Below the pieces are notes generated by a model. That model was not told the DNA's origin, did no database searches, and worked only from the letters and a program-made list of their open reading frames with translations. A stretch of DNA of 64,000 nucleotides from Chrysomallon squamiferum (taxonomy: Eukaryota > Animalia > Mollusca): NCBI GenBank assembly GCA_012295275.1, contig CM022677.1, positions 12,958,001 to 13,022,000 of the forward strand, given 5' to 3'. Within the stretch, counting starts at the first letter, position 1, and each line of letters begins with the position of its first letter. Shown here one piece after another: positions 41,990-55,782 of this stretch. The translations under genes and the position numbers were made by a program.

Positions 41990-42890
41990 CTTTATTCAAG
42001 ATTCTTCTGGCCATGTAATTGTAACTAAATGAAGCAAACTTCAATGTCTCCATTTACATGGCATGTTGCTTTGCTCTTTCTTCTCTCATTAAGTGGATGT
42101 TTGTAGTTGAGAAAAACTTATTTCAACATCAACAGAAGTTACATGCATCCAAACAGCATCAGATGCTATGGCAGATAGCTTTAGGAGGCAACTCTGCATT
42201 GTGCATGCCTTGCCAAAACTCGGAAATGGACAAAATAGTGATAAGTACTTCATGATACCCCCCATATACATGAGCCATTCCTCGAGCAACTCAAGAAATG
42301 GATTCTGCAGAGCCTCGAGAGCAGTGAAGTCTTTGATATTGTGTGCGATTGCAGACAGCTGAGATGAATCAAAATTTCGTACTGTTTTGTAGTACGGATT
42401 TGCTGGATTCTTGTCCCATTAGTCTTCAAGTTCATTTAGGTAGAGAGGTGTTTTATGAAGTAGTTCTTTTTTCTCAGATTTCTTATACAGTGAGTGAGTG
42501 ACGATTTGATCATAGATATCAAATTAGACATGTGGGATAAATCTCTGTTCTGGATTAGCTCAGAGGCCAGGTTGACAATATGAGCAAGACACACACAGTA
42601 CATGCACAGTTCAGATAGACAACTGACAAATCATTCCTGTATGACTTCTTACAGTATGCAAATTATATTATTAAAATCAATTTCTAAGCTAAACTATTAC
42701 GCTTTTACAACACCGATCAAATATGTCTTCCCTTGAATGATCCCAGTAACATTCAAGATGTAGGTACCGGCATCCTAGCCGATATAATTGGTCAAAGCTG
42801 TTAAAAGATAATATTTTGTCCATTTTCCTCCACTCCCAAATCCCTTCTATAAACAAATACATGTAACTAAAGATCTTTATGTGCACTTTT
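41990..42890 (-). mobile_element. Deleted and decayed hAT transposase of the CGGBP1-like type
   Basis: N-terminal TS(C)NV..DHSR..IFDR (CGGBP1-like zinc finger), CLAHIVNLASE (hAT CxxH), and FWQG...LSAIASDAVWMHVTSVDVEISFSQ (hAT C-terminal domain). Confidence 0.75.
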
Positions 42891-45381
42891 AAATGGTGTT
42901 GTTGTTCTTGTTGTATGTTAAATCAGTTCTGTGTACGAGAGTGTTAAGCGCGTTGGGGGTAAACGCACTTCGGCACCCGTGGTCAGCAATCAGCGTGGAG
43001 TAAAAAGTCCTAAAATACAAACGCCTGGCTTGTTTTCGCCACAATGACTTCAAGGAGGGTCAAAGTTCAATCTTTCTAGCAGTGTGCGTGTCGTCGCTGG
43101 CAATGGCTTATATCAATAGTTGTGTCCAAAATGTACTTTTTTTCATGCCTTCAAACCTATTTTTTTTTAAAAACTGGCTGAAAATAAATCCTATTTTCAC
43201 GGGATCAAATGAAAGATCATTCAATTACCTTTCAACCAATGTGCGACACTACGGTGTGTCTTCTTTGGCGAAAAGAAGCTCCGCGTTTGAAAGGGAAATC
43301 GCCATTACGTTACGTTTTTTACAGAAGGATATCGCCGTAGATTTCATGTACAGCTAGAATGGTCTGGCGCAGTTTGAAATGATTATATTTATATGTTGTT
43401 TATATTTTTAATAACTTGTTGGCTGATTATTTTTCTTCAATGTTCCTACTTTTAGCGTATTATTATAGCACGTGCGTAGCGAAATCGCATTTTGAAATAA
43501 ACGAATTAACATTGTTTTGACGATTACTATCTTCAGTTTAAAACCATCGATTATTTTGCATTCAAAATTCTTGTGATAAACGTCGAATTAAGAATCGTAA
43601 GCATAACAAACTATACAACATAATAGAACAATGCATTCAGAGGTATTGATGGAATGCTGAATAAAAATCTAATCACTTTTAAAAAAATATAAAATCATAA
43701 ATTGATCAGTTTTAAAACATTATTTTTGCTTATTTGTAAGCTCTATCAGAAAAAATTTCAACAATGGTCAGATGATAGGTAACTTTTGTTTGCTGTCAAA
43801 TCACAGCAAGTACAAACCTAAGAAAATTATTTTATGTTTGGTTCAAATGACAGACTTATAACACCTGTGTCTTTAATTGCCTCTAGTTTCACGATTACAT
43901 ACATTTTATTGTCCCTGATTAATACCTGCAACACCTTTCTAGAGTTGACTCCAAGGATTAGCTGAGTATATGTATTGCAAAGGATTATGCTTAAACATCA
44001 AATGCTTGTAGACCTTTTCAGTAACATTTATATATATATATGATATATACACATCACAGTATCTTAACTTATTACTGCCAGTTATTTAATAGAGTGAAAA
44101 TTGAAGCTGCTTATGTAAATAAAGTTTTTTTATTACAAATGTTAAATTCAAGTATGTCATTTGAAACATCTTGATAAATTCTTCACAACACAGGTTGAAT
44201 TTGTCAAATAAGACAAAAACTGAAACAACAGTGTTGATTTTTAGTCATTCTGCTGTGTGTCGTTTTGAAGATTTTGGCATGTTCAGCATGTTATTCTGAC
44301 CACACATACAAACATACAGGTCTGAAAAAAATTGAGCTCATTTACCAAGTTAGTCCCATCACTCTTGTTGATTTTCAGTATTTTGTATTAATTACTTTTC
44401 AAACTACAGTTGGCCAAAGTAGCTTTTTTTTTCTGCTAATTAGCCAAAATAGGGCTAAAAAAGAACCAAATACCTGTCATACCAATTTGCATATATCTTC
44501 TTAACCGCTGGAGATAGAGTCATAATTTGTTGTGTGTTTTCATTATTTTTGCTTTTGCATATTATGTGAAATTAAAGTCAGAAAAAATTTGCCTGCCGGT
44601 ACCTACATGATGCCAAGATCACGCACTTCAATAGTTTCATCAGCTGTAATACTGACAAGACAATCACACAAAAGAGCCTTTATTGCAGAGAAATGTATGT
44701 CAGACAGTTTTGGGACATATGTGGTATAGAGTGTAGATCCTTGAGATATAGCTCTCCTGCCTACTTAAGATGGTTTTGGGTCATTCCATGTCAAATCACC
44801 CCACCTCCCGAAAAAAAAGATAGTGATTCCTAGCATCCAAAATTGATCATTCAGGTTTTAGTTAATCAGATGTTATTGGCTGAAAAGGTGTTATATTCAT
44901 GTATGTGCATATTTCAAATCTATATTGCTAGACAAAAAATATTACACCCAGGAAACTTTTATATGTTTTAGTTAACATGTGGGAGATTAAATTTCAATAA
45001 AGGTCATCTCAATGTCACGTGATCCACACGGTCAATTTCATAGCAAAGGTAAAAAGGTCAGTTTACTCCAGTATTTTCCATTGATCATTCAGGTTTTAGT
45101 TAATCAGATGTTATTTATTTTTTTTTTTATGTATGTGCATTTTTTAAATATATAAAGGTTATAAATACTCCAATATGAACATCCAAACTGAACAAAAATG
45201 GCAGATTTCGAATCCTTGTCATATTGCCTTTTCAATAATTCCAATTTTATGACGATTGGCCCAGTAGTTCCTGAGATGTGAGGGTTCTAAGGTTGGTGGT
45301 CACGCCCATTTTTGCCAAAAATCTCAGACTTCGGTGGGCCATATCTCCCATACCACTGATCCGATTGGGCTAATAATTCAG

Positions 45382-45679
45382 TCAATAATTTGGTCAATCA
45401 TCAAGTTACTTTCAGCAGCACAGAAAACTTTCTGACCATCATGTGCTCTGCTGGCTGTGTACGTCACACTCAATGTTGTCAGTCTGTCAGTAGTAGTGGG
45501 AGATCCAGTGATTCTGACAGGAAGCTTGTTACTGTCTACGTACCACAAGATCTGTGTCTCATTTGGTGCTGGTTTGGCTCCCCGTACAACACAGGTAAAA
45601 ACAGCAGAGTCTCCCTCAGTGGTGCTAAGTGAGTTTGGTCTTGATCCAGAAATGTTCGTGTTCACAGAATTAACTGGAG
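45382..45679 (-). pseudogene. Inverted C2-set_2 Ig exon, truncated at its 3' end by a transposon fragment
   Basis: Acceptor ttccttttccag, phase 1. Motifs EGDSAVFTCVVRGAKPAP...LWY...YTASRAHDGQKVFCAA. The frame runs directly into repeat sequence at about 45381 and has no donor. Confidence 0.8.
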
Positions 45680-46809
45680 CTGGAAAAGGAAAATAAAGAA
45701 AATTTACTGTGCTATTCCTTATGATGTAATCAAACCATAAAATTCAGATAATGACACCTAAATGGGATTTACAGCAATTTCTGCAGTGCATAGAGTACTT
45801 TGTAAAGATTGCCCTACTCCACGTTCATACATACATAAAATATACTCTGTTCCCAATTTAAATAAATTACCTGTTGTGAGCCTTTATTCAGTATTATAAT
45901 AAACTGCTTGTGCTAATCTAGAAAGGCCATACAGAGCTCCATAAACCCATGTAAATTTGTCAGCCTTGTAATTTGACCAATTGCTCAACATGAATAGGGG
46001 TCATTCCATGTCAAATCACCCATGTCATATCACCCCGTAAGTACCTTTTCCTATGCACAAACTAACTAAAACCAGTGAAAACCAGTATTGAGAGTATCTG
46101 TCACTAATCTTTTTTCTTTTTTTTTTGATATTATCAGAAATTTGCCAACCATAGTTAGGAAGAAATGAACCACATGCCCCAAAAGCTTTATTATTATTTT
46201 ATGTATTTTTTTAAAATATTTAATTGTAGTTTTATTTATAACAATTTGTTTCAAACTGATTTCATGGCAATGAAATATTTCTGAATTTACATATGGTAAA
46301 AGTCTGAACAGAGGAGAAAAATCATTCAGGCTGCAAGTTATTAAAAATAAAAACAACATGCAAGAATGTTAGCAAGTTTATACATTAAGGTATTTTAATA
46401 ATATAATCATTTTAAGCAGTGACAGTCCTTTCAAGTAGGAAATAGAATTTAAGGATATTTTGCCTACATGGAGATCATCTTGGTAATATTTGTACTAATG
46501 TCTATCAAAACCTGACTTTCTATTTATTGGCTGATTTATTGTTTCATGTTAAATTAACCTATGGGTCATTCTGTGTCAAATCACCCAATGGGTTAAACCT
46601 GACCATCTCAGATTTTTATGAAACTTGGTATACTTGTTGACTGGGATCCCACAGCAGCAAATCTGAAATTTTAGGCCAATCGAAACAGAATTTTGAGATA
46701 ATCAGCCAAAATGACCACCAACCTTTGACACTCATATCTCAGAAACTACTGGGCCAATCTCAAAAAAAAATTGGTATTGTTGAAAAGGGCATGAAAAGGA
46801 AGCACTTGA

Positions 46810-47160
46810 GAAGCAGAAGCCAATCCCTTATCACTAGTCGCCAAAGTGACTTAGGAGATAATACAACTAATTGAACTGATGGACTCAAATTAGTTCAGTT
46901 TCAAGTGTTCCTCTTCAGTTGGATTCTGATGCTTTCACTGCCCTGCCATCATTTAACATTCTACCTGAAATTTCCATCACATGTAGTCAGAGGAAGATCT
47001 GTTTGCAACCATTCCATAGTCTGTTCCAGATGAAGATGCTGACCATATCACTGGAACTGAGACTCTGTACCTGGCCTGACAGTTAATAGTTGCCAGTGTT
47101 TCAAGGACAAGATGCTGTGCAGCTCTGGGTGTCATTCAACACAACATGTACAAATAAACT
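46810..47160 (+). mobile_element. Possible transposase/integrase C-terminal Cys-rich remnant
   Basis: CQCFKDKMLCSSGCHS..TCTNK (one frameshift), resembling the CxC tail of KRBA2/Ginger-like integrases. Confidence 0.3.
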
Positions 47161-48839
47161 CCTTCCTTCCTGTAAAGGAACACTAAGCAAAATATTAGAC
47201 ATAATTTGAACTACTCTTCTTTTTTTTCATTAGAATGATTTCAGGAAATATTTTTAGTATATATTTAAAGTATGTGTGAAATGCTATAATTTAGTAATAT
47301 TAACAGTTTATCAACAAATTAAATTAAGAGAGTGTGGAATAAAAAAGTTTCCAAAAAAAAAAAAAAATATATATATATCAGAAACAAAGATGATTTAACT
47401 TAAAAGGTACAGTTTCATAGCTTTCAAACAACAATATAACAATATTATAATTTATCAAAATAGTCTAGAGGCATCTCTTTATATATATTTTATGTTAATG
47501 ATATAGATATTTTAAATCAAACCTGTAATACATCATTTAGCTTTGTTCAGAGGATTATTGAAAATAATGTGGGTTTTTACATTCGATAATTTTCTTCATC
47601 TTTTTTATTGTCATTTAGTTATCTCGAAATTCAAAAACAGCAGTGATGTGAATTTGATAATCTATGTGTTCCACAAACCACTTAGTGATATGTAGTTATT
47701 CAGAGACACAAAGTCTGTATCAGTTAATGAATGGCACAAGAAGATTTGTGTTTATAGTCATTAAAAATATGTTATTTTTGTTTGTGATTTATTTATTCAG
47801 GTCTTTGTATTTATAAAACTATAGTTTCTCCCCATTAAATTTTTTATCAGTATAATTTGAAGGAAATAACAGCCAATTGCAAAATATGGTCATGTGATCA
47901 TTGTGAAAAATACTTCCAACTTCCCAGCAATATATTTTTAAAAAATGAAGGTGATCAATTGGTTCATCATGGATGAAATGGAAAAGAGGTTTTAAAGAAA
48001 ATATCACTTGCAGGAAACTCTGTCATCACAAGGATTTTATTATTAAAATTGAGAAAAGGAGGAATGATTTTATTTTGACTATTTTTATTTATTTTTTTAT
48101 AATGAAGTATCTCACAAACTGGTCACTCACCAAAATCCTTGATTCAAAACAAAAACACTTTCTGGATTATCATTTTTTCTATTGTGTGGACACTTAAATA
48201 GTGTGTCACATATAGTCTTTCCTTTCAACCTGTCACATGATATCAAGCATATATAAATGGACACAACTTAATTAATGTCTGTGCAAGGTATCTATTCAAT
48301 GATAATTAAGCATAATCTGTTGATAGTATATAACCTTATCTCTAGATAAGCCTGACATTGTTATGTAATGCTGGAATAAAGTAGGATCATTATGTCTTTT
48401 TGTTTGTTGGTGTAAATAATCAGCATTTCTGAAATTCAAAGATGATTTATTCCATAGCAGGACACTGATTTTAGATGTAATTCAATATTATTTTGGTTAT
48501 TTAGACTTTTCAAAAATAATGTTGGTGGTGTATTTTCCATTAAACAAATAGTCAATAATGTTTGCAGCTTAAAAATTATAAAATCAGGTTTTTCATAGAT
48601 CTGAATAACATGAACAACAACAACAAAAAAGAAACAACAAACCAACAAAAAACCTGAATATATTCAAATATATTTGAGAGGAGAACAAATATAATTAATT
48701 TTATATTTTCAATTAAAAATTGCTGTTAGTATTAAAATAATTTGTTCTAATATTGAACTAAACTTGTTTTAATATAACTGATTCAACAAAATGAAAAATC
48801 AACAATAAACTGAAACAAATGTAATATATATTTTTGCAG

Positions 48840-49139
48840 GTTTGATGAAATTAACAGAAAATGGTCCAGCTATTTTTAAAGACAGCTACACATTCCAGTG
48901 TTCTGTATCAGAAAACATCACTGAACCTATGTCATTTATGAGGGGAGAAGATGCTTTATGTTCAGTCCTGCCAAACTGTGTTCAATCCCTTGATTCTAAT
49001 GATTACATTTGTAAATGTGCTGGTGACACTCCTAATCTTTTCGATCTGACAATAAACAGTGTCCGAATTGAAGATGACGGTAATTGGAAATGCACTTACG
49101 ATAGAAATGCCAGTAACGTTTTTTATCTAAAAGTTTTGA
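48840..49139 (+). CDS. IgSF receptor gene, exon 2 (V-type Ig domain with extra cysteines)
   Basis: ttttgcag acceptor and A|GTAAGT donor, 300 nt, phase 1/1. Motifs YTFQC...LTINSVRIEDDGNWKC...LKVL. Confidence 0.85.
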
Positions 49140-50254
49140 GTAAGTTATATTTTATTTATTTTTAATGTTTTTCTTTGTTCTAGCTACTACTACTTGTGCT
49201 TTTAATACAACAGTTATTCCAGTAAAAAATTATATTGTAACGAATATGTAATACAATCAGCAAAGATAAAATATTTTTCTATTTTAATTTTTTTCATTCA
49301 GTTATTAAATTTCTTACACAAAAATCATTATGGAATTCTAATCTGATATATAATCATTAAAGGATCATAATATTTTTTCTTCGGTATAATGTTCAATCTG
49401 TGAAAGTTTATAGTAATTTATACTGTGCAAGAAAATGATTAACAGTGATAAAATTCTTATTAAAAGATATTTAGTTAGATTTTGTTTTGTTTAATATTTT
49501 CTGAATTTTTAAAGTTTTACTGAGGAAATGTTACAATGGTCTGGGATGTGCTTTCCATAAGAATTGCATGCTGAAAGTGATATTGTCTTTGATTTGAGTT
49601 CATTGGGTATAAACTAAACAAAATTTGTTAGACACATAAGGTCAAAAATCCACCATCATTCACAGAAGATGCAGAAAGCAGCATATCTGGTCTACATTAT
49701 TAAGAAACAAGAGTTAATTTCTGGCACAAAGTTAGGAACTTTGCCCATTAGTTTACTTATTTTGTAAAATACCTTGTCAAGCTGAAATAAGTGAAAACTT
49801 CAAGCATTTATTTACACCCTAGTTAAACGAAATGAATACAGTGTGTGTGATGTTAATCATATTTGTCTACCCCAATATATTTTGTGTTAAGAATCGTGTT
49901 CCGTTTGTGTTATATAAATTTGTTTTAAAAGGTCATTTGAAAAATAAAGAATGATGTTCATAAATATTATGGTGGTGGTGTTTGTGTCTCTTTATTTTGT
50001 ACCATGTTTAATCATAGTAAAGTTCAGATTACTGTTTGGGTCATTCCATGTCAAATCAACCCCCAATTTTTTTTTTTTTTTAAACCCGACCGTTTCAGAT
50101 TTTTATGAAACTTGGTATACTTGTTGACTGGGATCCCACAGCACCAAATCTGAATTATTGGCCGAATCGGATCAGTGGTGTGGGATATATGGCCCACCGA
50201 ATTTTGAGATTTTTGGCAAAAATGGGCGTGACCACCAACCTTAGAACCCTCATT

Positions 50255-51010
50255 GATGCCTGGTGGATTTGCTGTTGTTTTCTGTTTTTGGCTATGCTAG
50301 AACAGTTGAATATCTGTGATTCATAGGTCACAATTAAACATGATCCATAGTAATCTGGCTATTTGTCTAGAGGTAATATTTCTTTCAGTTTAGAGGCTGT
50401 TTTAGTTCTTTGTTGGCCAGGTTAATGTAATTTGCTTTTAAATAAACCAGCCACGTCTTTGCATGTTTCCACTGTGTGCAGAGCTTCTCACATTTGCTGT
50501 TGTAACTCGTTCTTCTGAATAACATATAACCAGGTACTCTGCATATATTGCACCCATGAATCCACTGTGGGATATCCTTTAATATATCCTTACTATAAAA
50601 TGATAAAGAGAATTAGTCTGAGAACACCATGTGGTACAGACATTTGTTTTTCTATATTTCGGTATTTTGAACATGTGCAGTGTTAACTCAGATTTAACTC
50701 CAGTCTTTGTCAAAAGCTTTTTCTAGACAGCAAATGTAGGATTTGTTCTTTTAAATTTTTTTCTTTGAATGCATCCTTAATCTCTTGTCATATGGAGGTG
50801 ATCTGATCTTTAGTGGATCCTTTTTATCACCTTTCCTACAGAGCGTTTTAAATTGATGGTGCTGAAGTGGTTTTAATTTATACTTTCCTATTTTGTGGAT
50901 TCATATAGTGTGGATTTTCTCTCAGATTGTGCTACAGAGCTATTGTCTCAGCTTGCACTGAAGATCTCTCCAGCATTTGTGAAAGGGATGGAGGGAATTG
51001 GTGTAGCTGG
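50255..51010 (-). mobile_element. Highly decayed LINE RT fragment
   Basis: Minus-strand remnants STKDQIT, LEKAFDK, VPHG, DILKDIPQWIHG-AIYA and SEERVTTANVR. Confidence 0.6.
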
Positions 51011-51763
51011 TGCAAGTTAAATGATGGGATGGTACAAAAATGTCCAGGTTACACATGCTTTGAACAATGTTCAAACTACTTGTTTGTCAAAAATACGCCT
51101 ATAAATAATGGCATCAAAAACATTAACTATTAACAAGTTTGTTTTATTTGCAATTAAATAAAATCAAAGTCTCTATTAAATTTATTATACAAAGTGAAGT
51201 TCACTAATAAAACAGGTAGCACTGCCGATGAATGGCGGGCAAACTCGTCATAAGCTGTAAGTGATGGCGGCCCCACCCTCTCTTATAGTATGTTGTGAGA
51301 CCTCTGTATAATCCATTTCCATTTTTTCCTAAAGTCGTCTTAAATGCTTCTTTCTGCCAAAAGCGAAGGTGTTGCCCATTTTTGTCATATGTCTACTTCA
51401 TTGAAACAGGGATTTTTTATTTGATTATTTTTTTTTTTTTTTAATATGTTTTTAAATATTTATTCTGTGTCAAATCACCCAATGGGTTAAACCCGACCAT
51501 CTCCAATTTTTATGAAACTTGGTATACACGTGTGCATTATTTAAATATATATTGCAAAAATAAAACAAAAAAGATGACACCTCTGCAACTTTTATATGTT
51601 TTAGTTAACATATGGGAGATTAACTTATCAAGGAATCGCTTTATTTCTTTCTTTTTTGCAAAAAAAAAAGCTTTTAAAAGAAGTTTATACTACGTTGACT
51701 GTTTTAGTTCCACACTGAGTAATATGCTTATTAACATAGATAAAGTTACAGCTTAATGCTTTT

Positions 51764-51815
<52 letters not shown>

Positions 51816-53630
51816 GAGATAAATGCAAGTCTGCTGCTTTATTATACTGTAAAACCTTTTATAAATAATTTTTAACTGTTTTGAATATAAGAACTTCCAT
51901 GACAGATTAAAATATACTAACTAAAATTGTGAAAAACCTTGAAACAAATTTATTTTCTCTTTCATTCTTTCTTTTATTCTTCACTAGATAATAATAATAA
52001 TAATAACAATAACAATAACAATAACAATAATAATAAAAATAAAATAAAAATAATTCCTCATGTAAAAGCTGGTAATGTATTTTCCAAACTCTATCAGGTG
52101 CCAGTGTTCTGACTGTTGTTGTTGTTCTTTAGCTGTTGGATTCTCAAAGGCTTGGCATAACCCTTTGTATATAAGTACTGATTCATTTCATATTGGGATG
52201 TCACATCTCCTATATTGTCTCTAACTGGTCACATCTACAGATGACAAACCAACGAGTCACATTTATCAGTGATAAATGTCAATTGTTCTGTCAAACTGAA
52301 TTATTTTGGTGGTTCTGATTAGCAAGTCATGATTTTGACAGATATACAAGATAAATAAAGATAATCATAAAGTCGAGAAAAAACAATTCTGAGTAGGGTG
52401 AATATACTTTAGAGCATGGACAGTCAAACTTCTCTTATGTTGTTTCTAACATTTTGCAGAATGGATTGTTGTTATTGTAGGAGATCCTTATCATACTCTT
52501 TTCAGAAACAAATATTAAAGATAAATGTAGTACAGCATTATACAGGTGTGTTAAAAAAATTATTTCTAGAAAATGTCCTATTTCATTGGGTTGAGCCTTC
52601 AGAAACAAACAAAATGAGACCAACATTTTTGAAATATCTTGAAAATTGAAGGAGTTGAGGCAATTTCAAATGCTGGAAAATGTACAATTTTTTTTATTTT
52701 TGTTTTATTATGTCAAGTGGCCAAATACCGTGATCCTGAATAAAAAAAAACCTGATAAAAAATGCCTATGCCTTAAAAACGGATAAAAGAGAAGTGTTAA
52801 CAATTCTTGACATGTCTTCATTCCCTCAGATGGTGACGTCCATTACCATAACAAAGAATTGCGTTCAACACCATTTGCAGTCGAGCAAACCATGTTCGCA
52901 ATTACAAATTTCAATAAATGATCTATTGAAAGCGTATGTGTTTTTAAAAAAATAGTTCATCTTCTAAGCCTACTTATGTAAGGCAAATTAAATACTTTTT
53001 TCACAAGAATATTGGAGATACTTGTGGTTAATAGAAATTAAATTTTTGAAAGCGAACATGCGTGGAAATGTTTAGGACATCATCAAAAAAGATTTATTCT
53101 CAGAAATCTATAAGCTGTCATCAGGCCATTTTCTGAGTTTCCTCTCCCCATCTCCTACTACCGAGAATGATGTTATCAGTGATCATCCGAAAAGCAGAGA
53201 TACTTGAAAGTGCATAATTGCTACATTATAAATATCTCTTCTTTTTTGCTTAACATTAAGACTTTTGAACCACAATGTATATTTTAAATTTTGTTCTTAA
53301 TACTTCACAGATACTAACATAATTATGCATCTGAGGGTAAAAGATTTTCACAAAGTGACACAAAGTGACACAAAGTGATAATAAACTCAATATTTTGTGA
53401 AACTCACAATGTGAAAATAATTATTATAGGTACCACTTCAGCAATTGGTGTTTTGTTACACAACCCTATTACTAATATTAATAAATAAAATACAATGAAA
53501 TAAATATATAAAATAATAATAATAATAATTTTTTTTTTTTTTTTTTCGATCTAATTGTCTTTCTATTTGGAACTAAAAATTAGTACTTATTACTTTTCAA
53601 GATTTCTATCTTTATTGTTTTATTTTCAAG

Positions 53631-53930
53631 TTCCTTTGGAGAAAATTACTATAACAACTGAATCAATGCCAATAAAGCCAGGAATTCCTACACAAATACA
53701 TTGTTCAACCAACCCTTGCCGTCCAGAACCTGTAATCATATGGTTTTTAGATAGTACAGAGATAACAGACGGCATTACCAGCTCCACTGAGACAATTGCT
53801 GACTCTGGTACTATAGCAAGAAGCAGTTTAAATATAACATTTACTACAAAAGATAATGGGAGAGTTTTGAAGTGTACAGTTTCTGCTGGTGTATTTCTTA
53901 CGTCATCTAATATCACTCTCAATATCCAAG
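53631..53930 (+). CDS. IgSF receptor gene, exon 3 (C2-set_2/nephrin-like Ig domain)
   Basis: ttttcaag acceptor and G|GTAGGT donor, 300 nt, phase 1/1. Motifs IHCSTNPCRPEPVIIW...SSLNITFTTKDNGRVLKC...ITLNIQ. Confidence 0.85.
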
Positions 53931-53995
53931 GTAGGTTTCATTCACATTAATACATACTAATCTAGTACAAATTAGTATTATTATTATTATGTTAA

Positions 53996-54047
<52 letters not shown>

Positions 54048-54767
54048 ACTGAAACCCTCTACATCCTGATCTCTCAGATGTCACATTGTCTCAGAGTAGT
54101 AAGTGGGTCTTGATCATTTCTTTTTCTGAACTTCTTTTTATGCCTGGTTCAAACTTCAACACAAAAAGTTAACATGATTCTTCAGATTACTTGAGTGTGC
54201 ATACATTGTTTTGGTTTTTTGTTGTTGTTTTTTACTACATGTATCCTATCTACAGGCCTTTAATTTTGTTTGATTTTCAAAAACTAATAAATTAATATGT
54301 TGTAATTCTTTAATTAGTAAAGATACATATCTTCTCTTACACATTAAATATGACATGTAAGCTTTCATTGTTCTGGCTCCATAAACGAAGTAACAAAAGT
54401 GAGTGTCACTAAAAGTGATATTTAGTGTATTTTCAGAAAATGATTAGGTGTACTGAAATGAAAGATGTTGAATGATAAATAGCAAGATCAATCACCTAAG
54501 ATTCTCCATTATGCGATTTATGTTGAAACTAGAGCTTAACACTAATTTTATCGAAAGTATTTGTTAAAGATCCCTTTTCTCAGATGAGGAGGAGTGACAG
54601 TATTATAGTCACATTGTGCTTCATATCAACATAATTACAGAACTCAAATAACTGTTAATGCTGAAATATTACAGATTTGGTGAATACTGCATATAACAAT
54701 CTTTCTCTTTTTTGTCTTTTTCTTTCTTTCTCTCTCTCTTAGCTTTAATCAGTTTCTTTCTTGCCAG

Positions 54768-54808
54768 ATGGTCCATATAATCACTCTACAATAACAATTA
54801 ACAGTTAG
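54768..54808 (+). pseudogene. Truncated start of a third Ig exon (DGPYNHSTITINS*), or an alternative terminal exon
   Basis: Strong acceptor ttctttcttgccag, phase 1, beginning with the (Y/D)GP inter-Ig linker. The upstream intron (about 54600-54670) resembles the intron before the Ig exon at 38394. Confidence 0.5.
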
Positions 54809-55093
54809 AAATCTGCGTTTTGTATCCCCTTCCCAATTCAGCATCTATAATATGCAAATGAACCTCAACAGTAGGTCACCAATTTTGGGTAGATCCTCAA
54901 TTTTGCAGATTTCATTTTAATTTTGTCATCTCTTATGACCTTTGCCAAAATGAGGCCTTCAAATTAATGGAAATTGTATGAGAAATAAATTCTAACCATT
55001 TAAAGGCACAAATGTTCAGAAAAATACTGAAACTGAAACAAAAGAAATGTTTTGATGAGATAAACCAATTTCTTAAAGTCTGCTTGTTCTCAA

Positions 55094-55159
<66 letters not shown>

Positions 55160-55782
55160 TATAATTATAATTATAATTATAATAAAGTTATAACAAAAAA
55201 TAGTAAAATCATCTGTGCACGAGGAATTTACTTGACAAAACAGTAACTGAGTTTAAAGAAATAATTTGTAATTTAAACTGAAAAAAATCACTTTAAAAAC
55301 AAAAGAAAACATGAACAACGAAGATATTCTCGAATTAATCAGTTTGATTAAAATGTCTTTTTATTGTGATTCCAACTCGTTTTCTATCTTGATGTTGCTA
55401 TTTAGAAGACATTTAATGTAGAATAATTTTGTGTGTGTGTGTGTAGATTAATTAAACATTAAATATAATTTAGTTATTTATAAAACTGTATATTTTATTT
55501 CTTTTCAAATGTTTTCATTATTATTGTTATAGATATTCTGCTTATATTATTCATTAACATGCATTTTTTTAATAAGTGATTTTGTAGTGTCATATCATAT
55601 AATCTCCAGATTGTTTAATTTGACAATAATCCAAATTCCTACATATTAATAATTTTTAATGTTATCACTTATATTTTCCTATTTTTAAACATACTGCTAA
55701 TATTTTAAAACATTTATGATCCTGATACTGTTAGATACTATAAGTTATGGATGGACCAGTGAATGGCATATTTCCTTTTTAG

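Larger units (their letters stand above)
44778..51630. mobile_element. Cluster of termini from one DNA-transposon/MITE family (GGGTCATTCCATGTCAAATCACCC) at 44778, 45998, 46563, 50038 and 51462, plus an inverted internal piece at 45170-45381
   Basis: Shared terminal 24-mer followed by two types of subterminal sequence. 45280-45381 is the reverse complement of about 50149-50252. Confidence 0.75.

Noticed and set aside
52790-53210. Possible hAT C-terminal remnant on the minus strand (STANGVER), and a similar hAT-like fragment at 57227-57403 (+)
   Set aside because: Too degenerate to call without a search.
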